A DNA stretch of 64,000 bases from an uncultured Bdellovibrionales bacterium (GTDB lineage Bacteria > Bdellovibrionota_C > UBA2361 > CAYQVO01): assembly GCA_964421085.1 (NCBI GenBank), contig CAYQVO010000002.1:91134-155133 (forward strand), in the 5' to 3' direction. Below are positions 45,666 through 56,051 of this stretch, piece by piece. Under the pieces are notes generated by a model. That model worked only from the letters and a program-made list of their open reading frames with translations, made no database searches and was not told the origin of the DNA. The position numbers were made by a program, and so were the translations under genes. Position 1 is the stretch's first letter; each line of letters opens with the position of its first letter.

Positions 45666-46727
45666 ATGAAGACTAACGGATCCGCAGAGAAAATTAAATC
45701 AAGGCAGGAAGCCGAAGGCATAATAAGGCAGTGGCAGAAAGAGGGAGCTTCAGTCGGCTTCACCTCCGGTGTGTTTGACCTTATTCATGCCGGGCACGTC
45801 GAATACCTCGAAGATGCTGCTGGGAACTGCGATCGCCTTGTGGTCGGTGTCAATTCGGACTCCTCCGCGCGCGAACTGAAGGGGGAAAAACGCCCGATTT
45901 GCTCCGAGAAGAGCCGGGTTCAGGTTGTGGCAGGTCTGGCATGTGTGGATCTTGTTTTTACTTTTGACGAGCGGAACAACAATAAAAACGTCGATGTTCT
46001 GAAGCCCGATGTTTATATCAAAGCCGGCGATTACTCCTCGTGCGCTCTGACATCGGGGAGCATCGTGGAGTCTTACGGCGGACGGGTCCATATTGTTCCA
46101 TTCAAGAAAGGATTTTCCTCGACTGGAATAATCAACCGCATTCTTGAATCTCACCTGGATGAGCTTCCGGAAGCGGGGCCGAAGGTCCGGTACAAAAAAA
46201 TGCCTGCAGTCTTTCTCGACAGGGATGGCACGATAAACGAGGAAGTGGATTATCTGGGCGATCCAAAGGACATGAAGATGATTCCCGGCGCGGCTGAGGC
46301 AATGGGAAAGCTCACCGGCGCGGGATACAGACTTATCATCGTGACGAATCAGCCCGGGATAGGTTTTGGTTATTACACGGCGCCGGATTTCTTCAGAGTG
46401 AACAAGGAAATTCTCAAAGAGGCGGGTAAAGCAGGCGCGAGAGTCAGCAGAATCTATTACTGCCCCCACACGCAGGCCGACAATTGTGGATGCAGAAAGC
46501 CGCTCACGTATTTTATCGAGCGCGCAGCGAAAGAGATGAACATTGATCTCGGCGGAAGTTTCGTTGTCGGTGACAGGACATGCGATATCGAGCTTGGAAG
46601 AAATGCGGGCGTAAGGACCATCCTTGTCGGGACGGGCGCCGCCGGCAAAGACGGGCAGTATGAGGTGACGCCGGATTACATCGCGGCTGATCTTGCTGAA
46701 GCGGTGAAGATTATTTCAGCTGTGTGA
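45666..46727 (+). CDS. Bifunctional D-beta-D-heptose 1-phosphate adenylyltransferase (HldE domain II, RfaE-II) / D,D-heptose 1,7-bisphosphate phosphatase (GmhB)
   Basis: N-terminal cytidylyltransferase-fold motif GFTSGVFDLIHAGHVEYL (HxGH). C-terminal HAD-IIIA motifs AVFLDRDGTIN, IVTNQPG, and CPHTQADNCGCRKP (GmhB zinc-binding Cys). No RfaE domain-I kinase is present in the window. Confidence 0.8.
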   Translation: MKTNGSAEKIKSRQEAEGIIRQWQKEGASVGFTSGVFDLIHAGHVEYLEDAAGNCDRLVVGVNSDSSARELKGEKRPICSEKSRVQVVAGLACVDLVFTFDERNNNKNVDVLKPDVYIKAGDYSSCALTSGSIVESYGGRVHIVPFKKGFSSTGIINRILESHLDELPEAGPKVRYKKMPAVFLDRDGTINEEVDYLGDPKDMKMIPGAAEAMGKLTGAGYRLIIVTNQPGIGFGYYTAPDFFRVNKEILKEAGKAGARVSRIYYCPHTQADNCGCRKPLTYFIERAAKEMNIDLGGSFVVGDRTCDIELGRNAGVRTILVGTGAAGKDGQYEVTPDYIAADLAEAVKIISAV

Positions 46728-46813
46728 CGCCCGCCCGTCACCTTCCGTCTCTTCAATAAAATGCTTCCCCCGGGCCTCCTGTTGGAGGAATATACGGCTG
46801 AGGACCGATTAAT

Positions 46814-47944
46814 ATGAAGAACGCTTCGAACATCACCGCCACAGGTCCCAATATCGTTCTTGTCGGCGGCGGCCATGCGCATATGGAGGCGCTTCGTTTA
46901 ATGGCGAAAGAGCCGCTTTACGGAGCGAGGGTAATACTTGTGTCAGATGTTACTCATGCCACGTTTGCCGGAATGCTCCCTGAGGTGATCACAGGAAAGG
47001 TGAAGCTCGAGGATGCGGTTATTGATCTCAGGAAGATATGCCGGGATGCAGGCGCTGAATTCGTACAGGGGAACGTGTGCGGGCTCAATCTTGCCGAACG
47101 TTTCATCTCGCTTGATCGCGGTACCACCATCTCTTTCCGGTTATTGTCTCTCAATATCGGAAGCAGGCCCGCCTTCAGCGATGATCCGTCAGTGGTCGAA
47201 CACGCATGGCCCCTGAAGCCCATTGAAATCTTCCTCAACAGACTGGAGGCCTTCATTGCCGCGCACCGGGAGGGCGAAACGAAAACAGTCGTAGTCGTAG
47301 GCGGCGGAAAAAACGCCTTTGAGCTTGTATGCAGTCTGCGCGAACGGCTCCTGTCCGACGTGATACTTCATATAGTGCAGCCGAACGAAAGGTTCCTCGA
47401 AGATCACATGCCGGCGACAGGAGAAATCGCGCAGCGTGTGCTTGAAAGTAAAAAGATCGTGATTCACCTGGACGAATATGTAACGGAGGTGAACAAAGAT
47501 TCCATTATCTGCGAATCAGGACTCGAGCTTCCAACCGACGTAATTATCTGGGCGGCGCGAGCTGAACCTGCGGCCCGATGGCCGGCCGCGGCCGGGCTTG
47601 CCACCGATTCCTGCGGTTTCATGCAGATTCGCGACAGCCTGCAGAGCGTATCGCACACCTTCGTTTTCGGCGCCGGTGAAATAACGTCCTGCGGAGGATG
47701 TTATTACCCCCGCACTGCCCGGATAAGCATTCTTCAGGGGCCGCTTCTTTATCGCAACCTGAAGAGATGGATTGAAGGGAGGAAACTCGAGACCTTCGAA
47801 TGCTCGAGTTTGTCGAGAGATTTCATTTTCACAGGAACCGCAGGCGCGATAGTTCAGACGCGGAAGTTCGCGATAGATTCGCCCATAGCGGGCATGATCA
47901 GATCATGGCAGAATCGAAGGTTCATGGCGAGAGTTGCAGGATAA
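46814..47944 (+). CDS. FAD/NAD(P)-dependent pyridine nucleotide-disulfide-family oxidoreductase
   Basis: N-terminal dinucleotide-binding motif IVLVGGGHAHMEAL and a second Rossmann motif VVVVGGGKNAFELV. 376 aa. Confidence 0.7.
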   Translation: MKNASNITATGPNIVLVGGGHAHMEALRLMAKEPLYGARVILVSDVTHATFAGMLPEVITGKVKLEDAVIDLRKICRDAGAEFVQGNVCGLNLAERFISLDRGTTISFRLLSLNIGSRPAFSDDPSVVEHAWPLKPIEIFLNRLEAFIAAHREGETKTVVVVGGGKNAFELVCSLRERLLSDVILHIVQPNERFLEDHMPATGEIAQRVLESKKIVIHLDEYVTEVNKDSIICESGLELPTDVIIWAARAEPAARWPAAAGLATDSCGFMQIRDSLQSVSHTFVFGAGEITSCGGCYYPRTARISILQGPLLYRNLKRWIEGRKLETFECSSLSRDFIFTGTAGAIVQTRKFAIDSPIAGMIRSWQNRRFMARVAG

Positions 47945-47953
47945 CGCCGGCGC

Positions 47954-48289
47954 CTATCTCCTGAACGCCCACGCCATCTGCCGCGGAATTCCACATTCGA
48001 TGAATTCGCGCACGCGACCCTGAACCTGTGCCATATCAAGATCGAGGTGCCGGCAGATCCAGGAGAGAGAGAATGGAAGACTCGAGTCGCCGCCCCAGTC
48101 TTCGAAGAACCATCTCTCTGCCTGCTTCGAATGCGGCTTGTCTTTTTCGAGCACGTCACGGATCGCCTGTTCCATGACGGCAAGGAGCAGGCGTTGTTCA
48201 GGGGTGAGTTTGCCTTCAGAACCTCCCAGTTCCGGCGCGATTACTGTCGTCGTCCCGGCGAATTCAAAAGCAGAAAAGTGATTCCTCAT
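47954..48289 (-). CDS. Hypothetical protein
   Basis: 111-aa ORF with no recognisable motif. Confidence 0.3.
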   Translation of the reverse strand: MRNHFSAFEFAGTTTVIAPELGGSEGKLTPEQRLLLAVMEQAIRDVLEKDKPHSKQAERWFFEDWGGDSSLPFSLSWICRHLDLDMAQVQGRVREFIECGIPRQMAWAFRR

Positions 48290-48450
48290 ACGTCAGACCT
48301 TCAAAATGCAAGGTGCGATTTGATTGCACCTTTTTTTGAAGCAGCCCGCAACGGAAGGGTTCATAAAAGATTCAACTTTAGAATGCTGCGCGTTTCAAAG
48401 ATCCGTTCGGCGTCTGAATGAGCGTTCATGCCCTGAACCGCGCTTCTCAA

Positions 48451-49749
48451 TTATAACAGATACTTTTCAATCAGCAGCCTTCCGAGGTGGGAGGGCTTCG
48501 AATCGAGTGTGCTGCTGTTGACTGAAATAATTGCCACTGCAATTGCCGGCTTTTCCAGCGGCGCTGCCGCAATGAACCAGTGATTCAGACCGGGCGGGCG
48601 GTCTCCGCGGAGCGTACCTGTTTTCGCCGCAACCCGGATCCCCCGCAGCCGGCTTGCTTTGTTTCCGGAGAACTCTCTCTTCGAGGTTCCGACAGTGGTT
48701 GTATACTCCATCATCTGAAGCGTCGTCGCGGCGCTTTCCATAGACACCGATTTTTTAAAAAGGGTCGGACGGGATTCGTACACAACCCGTCCATCCGCCG
48801 ATACAATCCGCTCCACAAAAGAAGGGACCGGCATCAGACCGCCGTTTGCCATCGCTGACATTATCATCGCGGCATGCACCGGGCTCAGTGTGACAGCGCC
48901 GAAACCTGCGCATGTTCTGCTGAATTCAAAATCAGTTTCCGGGATCGACGCAGTGCTCTGGGGCAATGGTGCTTCAAAGGATATGGGCTCATTGAATCCG
49001 AAAGAGCGGGCATACCGCCGCACTGCAGGCACATCGAGGTAATCAAGACCAAGACGCCCGAAAACGGGATTGCACGATTTGCCCAGAGCCTCAGCTACCG
49101 TCATTGAATGCTGATCCCGGCGCGCATCGGGGCGGAAATTGAGCTGATTGAGTGTATAGATCCCCCCGCGGAAATTTATCGTGTGCATAGGATTAATAGC
49201 CGCCTTCTCGACCACCGCGGCAGCAGTGATGACTTTAAACAGAGAAGCAGCCGGAAACCCCGCATGAAGAGGAAGGTTTTCGTATGTCTGGGATTTCCCC
49301 GCGATTGCCATGATTCTTCCTGTTGAGGGCTGCATGACCACCATGGCGATGTGCGGGGCCCGCGCTTTATCTATCAACGCCTGGGCGAGCGTCTGCATCT
49401 GAGGATCCATCGTGTAATAAATAAAATCGTTCCGGTTCGTCACGCCGGTGACCCTGCTCTTGAGGGGCAGGGCAAAACGCGGAACATGGTTGAGCACAGG
49501 TCTGCCGCTTTGACTGTAACTGAGCTCAAGGGGAGCAGAAGGCAGGGCCAGGCGGTATTTCGGTGCCGGCGGCGCTGCAGAACTCGTTTTCTTCTTCGAA
49601 GAAGTCTTGCTTATCTTCGTGGTACTTTTTACCGAACTCCATTTCTTTTGCGAGCCTGTCTTGTACTGCGCATGAGGAGCCGCATTAACAACCGGTGGAA
49701 TAATCAGGATCAATATGAGCAGAATACGGATTGAATACATAAGGGGCAT
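48451..49749 (-). CDS. Penicillin-binding transpeptidase-domain protein with a Lys/Ser-rich N-terminal linker
   Basis: Active-site motifs SLFK (SxxK), SCN (SxN) and KTGT. N-terminal signal/TM, then a low-complexity stretch KKWSSVKSTTKISKTSSKKKTSSAAPPAPK. Confidence 0.7.
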   Translation of the reverse strand: MPLMYSIRILLILILIIPPVVNAAPHAQYKTGSQKKWSSVKSTTKISKTSSKKKTSSAAPPAPKYRLALPSAPLELSYSQSGRPVLNHVPRFALPLKSRVTGVTNRNDFIYYTMDPQMQTLAQALIDKARAPHIAMVVMQPSTGRIMAIAGKSQTYENLPLHAGFPAASLFKVITAAAVVEKAAINPMHTINFRGGIYTLNQLNFRPDARRDQHSMTVAEALGKSCNPVFGRLGLDYLDVPAVRRYARSFGFNEPISFEAPLPQSTASIPETDFEFSRTCAGFGAVTLSPVHAAMIMSAMANGGLMPVPSFVERIVSADGRVVYESRPTLFKKSVSMESAATTLQMMEYTTTVGTSKREFSGNKASRLRGIRVAAKTGTLRGDRPPGLNHWFIAAAPLEKPAIAVAIISVNSSTLDSKPSHLGRLLIEKYLL

Positions 49750-49914
49750 GATAACAACGTTTTCGGCGGCTTGCCTTTATCTAAACTGTGTCCGATAGCA
49801 CGACTCCGGCATTCAGACGCGGCACTATCAGAAAAGCGGTTACACTGGATTATTTCGTATATCGAGAGTATTATTCAAGCCGTTCTTTACAACCTGACAA
49901 AAGGAACAGTAATC

Positions 49915-50577
49915 ATGGGTTTCTGGACCAAAAAACCGGGGATGGAAGGCAGCGAAAGCGGATTGGCTTCCACATCTAAACCTGCTCCCGAGATATTTAC
50001 TCCTCAGTCGAAGCAGGAAATAAGAAATTTATTCGAGAAAAAGTCGGAAAGTATTATTGATGTCGACGCGGTGCTCGAGAAATTCGGCAAGGTGCGGTCA
50101 GCACTTGGAACAGGCACTGTGATTCAGGGGAAGCTCACCTTTGACACCCCTGTCCGTATCGACGGAAGGCTTTCAGGAGAGATTTTTTCGTCGGCAGCGC
50201 TTGTCGTTGGTCCAGCCGGTATTGTTGACGCAACTGTTGAAGTGAGCCAGCTTGTTGTACTCGGGTCGGTGAAAGGCTCCGTAACGGCCGCCGATCGAGT
50301 GGAAGTCTATTCAGGCGGGACCCTGGAAGGCACTGTGAACACTCCAGTCCTGATTATTGAAAAAGGGTGCGCTTTCAACGGCGATTGCAGAATGCCGCAG
50401 AAGGAACAGAAACCAGCCGCGCAACCAGCTAAAACGGGGCCTCAACCAGCCTCTCAGCCGTCGCCGAAGGAGCAGCAGGGGGGTGCAAAGCTGCAGGGCG
50501 GCACGCAGCAATTGTCTCCACAGCCATCGACCCCACAGCCATCGACCCCACAGCAATCGACGGGATTCCGGAAGTAG
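49915..50577 (+). CDS. Bactofilin with a Pro/Gln/Ser/Thr-rich repetitive C-terminal tail
   Basis: DUF583 beta-helical core (VIQGKLTFDTPVRIDGRLSGEIFSSAALVVGPAGIVDATVEVSQLVVLGSVKGSVTAADRVEVYSGGTLEGTV). Start taken as the ATG at 49915 with AAGGAA RBS. The listed ORF begins at 49771. Confidence 0.75.
   Translation: MGFWTKKPGMEGSESGLASTSKPAPEIFTPQSKQEIRNLFEKKSESIIDVDAVLEKFGKVRSALGTGTVIQGKLTFDTPVRIDGRLSGEIFSSAALVVGPAGIVDATVEVSQLVVLGSVKGSVTAADRVEVYSGGTLEGTVNTPVLIIEKGCAFNGDCRMPQKEQKPAAQPAKTGPQPASQPSPKEQQGGAKLQGGTQQLSPQPSTPQPSTPQQSTGFRK
50518..50562 (+). repeat. Three tandem copies of a 15-bp repeat (CCACAGCCATCGACC) inside the bactofilin tail, encoding (PQPST)n
   Basis: Units ccacagccatcgacc | ccacagccatcgacc | ccacagcaatcgacg, read directly. 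Confidence 0.8.
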
Positions 50578-50598
50578 CGGTTTTATTCTGTACAGGTT

Positions 50599-51021
50599 TT
50601 ATTCTGTCGCGTCGCCTTCCCCGGCAATCGCATTCATCTCCTTCTTTCCGAGGAAACGCCTGCGGATTCGGGCAGCTTTTCCGCGCAGAGGCCGCAGATA
50701 GAAAAGCCTGCCGCGACGCACGCGGCCCTTTGCGACAATTTCTATCTTTTCGACACGAGGACTGTGAACAAGAAAGGTCCTCTCTACGCCTATGTTCGCG
50801 GACACCTTTCGCACTGTGAATGTCGAGGAGGGTCCGCTGCCATTGTTTCTTTTTATTACCACGCCTTCAAAGACCTGAATTCTTTCCTTTGCACCCTCGA
50901 CAATACGGGCATGGACGCGCACAGTGTCCCCTGTCCGGAACTGCGGGACATCGCTTTTCATGATTGAGGCTTCAATTTGCGCCAGTTTATTGGGCGATAA
51001 TTTAGTATCGGCGGCAGACAT
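50599..51021 (-). CDS. rplS: 50S ribosomal protein L19
   Basis: [51 protein letters not shown]...[11 protein letters not shown]...[13 protein letters not shown]...GKAARI aligns with E. coli L19 throughout. Not preceded by trmD/rimM/rpsP. Confidence 0.85.
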   Translation of the reverse strand: MSAADTKLSPNKLAQIEASIMKSDVPQFRTGDTVRVHARIVEGAKERIQVFEGVVIKRNNGSGPSSTFTVRKVSANIGVERTFLVHSPRVEKIEIVAKGRVRRGRLFYLRPLRGKAARIRRRFLGKKEMNAIAGEGDATE

Positions 51022-51136
51022 CGCGAATTCCTGTATCGTGAATGATTTTCAATAAGTAAGGCCCGAGACAATATCATTAACTTTGAATGTTTACAAGTTG
51101 GGGGGTCCGCTCTACGATTTCAGGCATTGAGGGAGT

Positions 51137-51493
51137 ATGAATATGGCGCAGTACCCAAAGAAAAGAAAAGTCGCGGCTCGGAAGCCGGATAAGGATAAAG
51201 AGCGTATTTTCAGGGGATTATCGCTCCTTTTTTCAATGCATGGATTCAAAGTCCGGCGGGAAGAGTTAAAGAGAGGATCCGGCTGGAATGTGTCTAACGG
51301 GAGCTGCCGAAAGATTGATGAGCAGCTGATATTTGTCGACAGAAGGAGTTCGATAGACGATCAGATCGGATTTCTTGCCCAGTGCTTCATCAAGACAGGT
51401 CTTTCGCTCGATGAACAGAAGCTGGATGAGATACCCGACGATTTGCGTCCTGTGCTGCTTTCGCTTTTCAACACATCTTCTTTAACGGTATGA
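51137..51493 (+). CDS. Hypothetical small protein
   Basis: 118 aa, with a basic N-terminus. Lies upstream of mreB. No recognisable motif. Confidence 0.3.
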   Translation: MNMAQYPKKRKVAARKPDKDKERIFRGLSLLFSMHGFKVRREELKRGSGWNVSNGSCRKIDEQLIFVDRRSSIDDQIGFLAQCFIKTGLSLDEQKLDEIPDDLRPVLLSLFNTSSLTV

Positions 51494-51682
51494 TGAATGC
51501 GAAGATCATGAACGCAGCTTCGCAGGAGGGCGGACAGGTTTAAGTTACTTAAACTAATTTTGTTGATCTTGATCCCGCACTCATGCTACGAGGATTCTGA
51601 TACTCTCGGGGGCAGGAGGTAAAGCGCGGGGCGTGGCTGCAGAGTTATCGACTTCAAACAGCCGGCTATATAGAAACATTGA

Positions 51683-52732
<1,050 letters not shown>

Positions 52733-52767
52733 CAAGGCGGCACTGCTGATACAGTGGCTTCTTCTGC

Positions 52768-53613
52768 ATGGCAGCAACAGTAAGTTCTCGGACCAAAGTA
52801 ATTCTTACCGCGTTTGCGCTTTTCTGCTGCTCGCTTTTCCTCACGGCATACAGCGCCCGGAACCCGCAGATTGCGCGAGTGGGGTACTGGGCAGTCGGAG
52901 AGGTGGAAAGACCTCTGCAGGTCATGACAGAGAAAGTCTATGACAGCGTCGCGAATCTCTGGTCGGGATATGTCAGTCTTCTGGACGTCCGGAGGCAGAA
53001 CGAGATCCTTCAGGAGAGACTCCGCAGCCTCGAATCGGAGGTCGTGGAACTGAGTGAAGTGCGGGCTGAAAATGAACGCCTCTCCCGCATCCTCCGTTTC
53101 GTCGAGGAGACTCGACTCGATGGAGTGATTGCAAGGGTAATAGGAAGAAATCCTTCAAACTGGGTGCAGTCTGTGACTTTGAACAAAGGATCTCTGGATG
53201 GAATCGCAGTCGATATGGCGGTCATCGACGGACTTGGCGTGGTGGGCCAGGTGATGGAGGTGAGCCCGCATTCGACGAATGTTCTCCTCGCAATCGATCC
53301 AACCAGCGGTGTCGACGGACTCCTTCAGGATGGAAGAGCCCGGGGCGTTGTCAGCGGTGCCGGGAAGGGCCGTTATGTTCTCAAGTTCGTATCGAGAGAT
53401 CAGGATGTCAAAATGGGAGATCGCATCGTGACGTCAGGCATCGGCGGAATTTTCCCGAGCGGGCTCCTGATCGGATCAGTTGCTGAAATAAAAAGACAGA
53501 GTATGGGCCTCTTCCAGGAGGTGGAAGCTGTTCCGGCAGTGGATTTTTCGAAGCTTGAAGAGGTTCTGGTTCTTGCAAAAATGACCCCGGCTCCGGAAAA
53601 GAAGAAGGGATAA
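52768..53613 (+). CDS. mreC: Rod shape-determining protein MreC
   Basis: N-terminal TM helix, coiled coil (LQERLRSLESEVVELSEVRAENERL), and a beta-rich C-terminal domain. Position after mreB. Confidence 0.85.
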   Translation: MAATVSSRTKVILTAFALFCCSLFLTAYSARNPQIARVGYWAVGEVERPLQVMTEKVYDSVANLWSGYVSLLDVRRQNEILQERLRSLESEVVELSEVRAENERLSRILRFVEETRLDGVIARVIGRNPSNWVQSVTLNKGSLDGIAVDMAVIDGLGVVGQVMEVSPHSTNVLLAIDPTSGVDGLLQDGRARGVVSGAGKGRYVLKFVSRDQDVKMGDRIVTSGIGGIFPSGLLIGSVAEIKRQSMGLFQEVEAVPAVDFSKLEEVLVLAKMTPAPEKKKG

Positions 53614-53616
53614 GGC

Positions 53617-54135
53617 GTGGTGAAGACTGTCCAGCAGATAACGATGGGAATAGCCGTGATCCTCGCGGCGCTCTTTCTCCAGAGTACCGCCCTCAAGTTC
53701 CTGCTTCCATATCATTTTGTTCCTAATTTCTGCCTTATTTTTCTCGTATTCCTCGCGTTTTATGAAGTGAGCGTGGTTGGTGCCGTACTCTCTTTCATCA
53801 TAGGGATTGCTTTCGATGTGAGTTCCGGAGTGCTTCTTGGTCCGTGGAGCGCGTCGTTCACGGCGAGCTATTGTGTGCTTATTCTTCTTTCCCAAAGAAT
53901 TTTTGTCGATTCGTTTCCGGCAGCGATGCTCGTGGTTTTCATCACCACGCTCTTCTCCACCTTCATTTATACCGGTCTTCTCTATCAGTTTCAGCCGGCG
54001 GCCTTCGACATCTGCGACTTCGTCGTGGAAGCCGCCGTCACAGGAGCTGTCTCTCCATTTGTTCTGGCTTTTTTCCAGCGTCTGCTGGTGCACAGGATGG
54101 CGCTTTATTCGCTGCGCGGAAGTTCAGTGATGTAG
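53617..54135 (+). CDS. mreD: Rod shape-determining protein MreD
   Basis: 172-aa polytopic membrane protein immediately after mreC. Confidence 0.7.
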   Translation: MVKTVQQITMGIAVILAALFLQSTALKFLLPYHFVPNFCLIFLVFLAFYEVSVVGAVLSFIIGIAFDVSSGVLLGPWSASFTASYCVLILLSQRIFVDSFPAAMLVVFITTLFSTFIYTGLLYQFQPAAFDICDFVVEAAVTGAVSPFVLAFFQRLLVHRMALYSLRGSSVM

Positions 54136-54146
54136 GGGGTGGTTGA

Positions 54147-56051
54147 ATGGCGATATCGGCGGAGAAAACTCAGATGAATATCTCTCTCCGGGTTACTCTG
54201 GCCTTCGGAGCCGTTCTTGCCTGCTTCTTTGTCATAGCCCTCCGGCTCTGGTACCTGCAGATTCTGAAGGGTGATTACTTTCGCGATCGATCGGAGAACA
54301 ACCGGCTTCGCACCATTTTCATGCCTCCTCCACGCGGCCTCGTGTTCGATCGCAACGGCACTCTTCTTGTAAAGACCCGCCCCTCCTTCAATGTTGAGCT
54401 GATCATGGAGGACTGTCCCGATCCGAAGGGCACGGTGAAGAAACTTGCGCACATGCTCAAGTATGAGGAAGGCATGCTGACGGAACGTCTCAAGGAGCAG
54501 CGCAAGCGGCGCCGTTTCGAACCCAGGCTTCTTCTCAAGGATATCTCGCGGGACACGGTCGCCGTTGTTCTTGCGCACAGATGGGACCTGCCCGGAGTGG
54601 TCATAAATGTGGTGCCGACCCGCGACTACGAGTACAAGACGCTGGCGGCCCATGTCCTCGGATATATCAGGGAGATTACGAAGAATCAGCTGGACAGTCC
54701 GCGATTCTCCCAGTACCAGATGGGGGATGAGATCGGTCAGTACGGTCTCGAAGCGGAATGGGAATCCTTTCTTCAGGGCAAACGCGGCAGGCAGGAGGTG
54801 ATAGTAAATGCGACCGGGTCGAAAGTGGGAGATTTCCGTTTCGAGCCCGACAGAGCGGGCCATAATCTCACTACGACCCTTGATTTCAAAGTTCAGAAAG
54901 CTGCTGATGAGGCGTTGAAAGGAAAAAGCGGAGCGATTGCAGCGCTTGATCCGAACACGGGCGATATACTGGCGATGTCTTCAGCGCCGGCGTTTGATCC
55001 GAATATCTTCACCGGCGACATGTCTCCTGCCTTATGGAAAGAGCTGACGACCGGAAAAGGGAAAATTCTGAACAACAGGGCAGTGCAGGGAGCTTATCCG
55101 CCGGGGTCCGTATGGAAGATTTTCATGAGCGTGGCCGGGCTTTCCGAGGGTGTCGTCCGTGAGGGAGACTCCTTCAACTGTCCCGGTTTTTATTTCTTCG
55201 GCGGAAGACGATTCCGGTGCTGGAGGCACCAGGGCCACGGATCCGTCAACTTCATGCGGGGACTCACAGTCTCCTGCGACGTATATTTTTACACTGTCGG
55301 GCAAAGGCTCGGCATCGATCGTATTCACGAGTACGCGGCGAAGTTCGGACTGGGGTCGGTGACGGGATTGAAGCTTGTTCATGAAAATCCGGGCGTGGTT
55401 CCTTCCACGCTCTGGAAACGCACCTTTTTCAAGAATCCTGCCCAGCAGAAATGGTATCCGGGGGAAACGATAAGTGTCGCAATTGGACAGGGCGCAGTAA
55501 CTACCACTCCTCTTCAGATAGCCCGCGGAGTGGCGGGAGTTGTCAACGGCGGGAAGCTTGTCACTCCGCAGCTCGTCAAGAAGATAGAATCACCTGACGG
55601 ATTGTTCCTTGATACTGCTTTCAACCCGCAGGTGACTAAAATCGACGTCGATCAGAGGATTCTTAAAAAAGTCGCCGATGGAATGGTCAGCGTGGTGAAC
55701 GATCCGCGCGGAACCGGCCGCAAGGCCCGGCTTCCGGAAGAACTCGGGATTGCAGTCGGCGGGAAAACGGGAACTGCCCAGGTTGCATCGATGAATGTGC
55801 GCACTGCCGGGGATCATGCGTGGTTTGTCGGGTTTGCTCCTGCGGAAGATCCGAAGATCGTTGTTTCTGCTCTTGTGGAACATGGAGGCCACGGCGGATC
55901 CATTGCGGCCCCTCTTGTGAGGCAGGTTATGGAGGCCTTTTTCGGGTATGTGCCGCCTCCTCCGGACGCGACGCCGACTCCGGCGGAGCCATCCGCGAAG
56001 AAGGCAAAAGCCAGGGTGCAGGGAGACACGGAAGAGTCAGATGGCGATTGA
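54147..56051 (+). CDS. mrdA: Penicillin-binding protein 2 (elongasome transpeptidase)
   Basis: 634 aa. N-terminal TM helix, dimerisation domain, and transpeptidase domain with SVWK (SxxK) and KTGTA motifs. Sits between mreD and rodA. Confidence 0.9.
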   Translation: MAISAEKTQMNISLRVTLAFGAVLACFFVIALRLWYLQILKGDYFRDRSENNRLRTIFMPPPRGLVFDRNGTLLVKTRPSFNVELIMEDCPDPKGTVKKLAHMLKYEEGMLTERLKEQRKRRRFEPRLLLKDISRDTVAVVLAHRWDLPGVVINVVPTRDYEYKTLAAHVLGYIREITKNQLDSPRFSQYQMGDEIGQYGLEAEWESFLQGKRGRQEVIVNATGSKVGDFRFEPDRAGHNLTTTLDFKVQKAADEALKGKSGAIAALDPNTGDILAMSSAPAFDPNIFTGDMSPALWKELTTGKGKILNNRAVQGAYPPGSVWKIFMSVAGLSEGVVREGDSFNCPGFYFFGGRRFRCWRHQGHGSVNFMRGLTVSCDVYFYTVGQRLGIDRIHEYAAKFGLGSVTGLKLVHENPGVVPSTLWKRTFFKNPAQQKWYPGETISVAIGQGAVTTTPLQIARGVAGVVNGGKLVTPQLVKKIESPDGLFLDTAFNPQVTKIDVDQRILKKVADGMVSVVNDPRGTGRKARLPEELGIAVGGKTGTAQVASMNVRTAGDHAWFVGFAPAEDPKIVVSALVEHGGHGGSIAAPLVRQVMEAFFGYVPPPPDATPTPAEPSAKKAKARVQGDTEESDGD

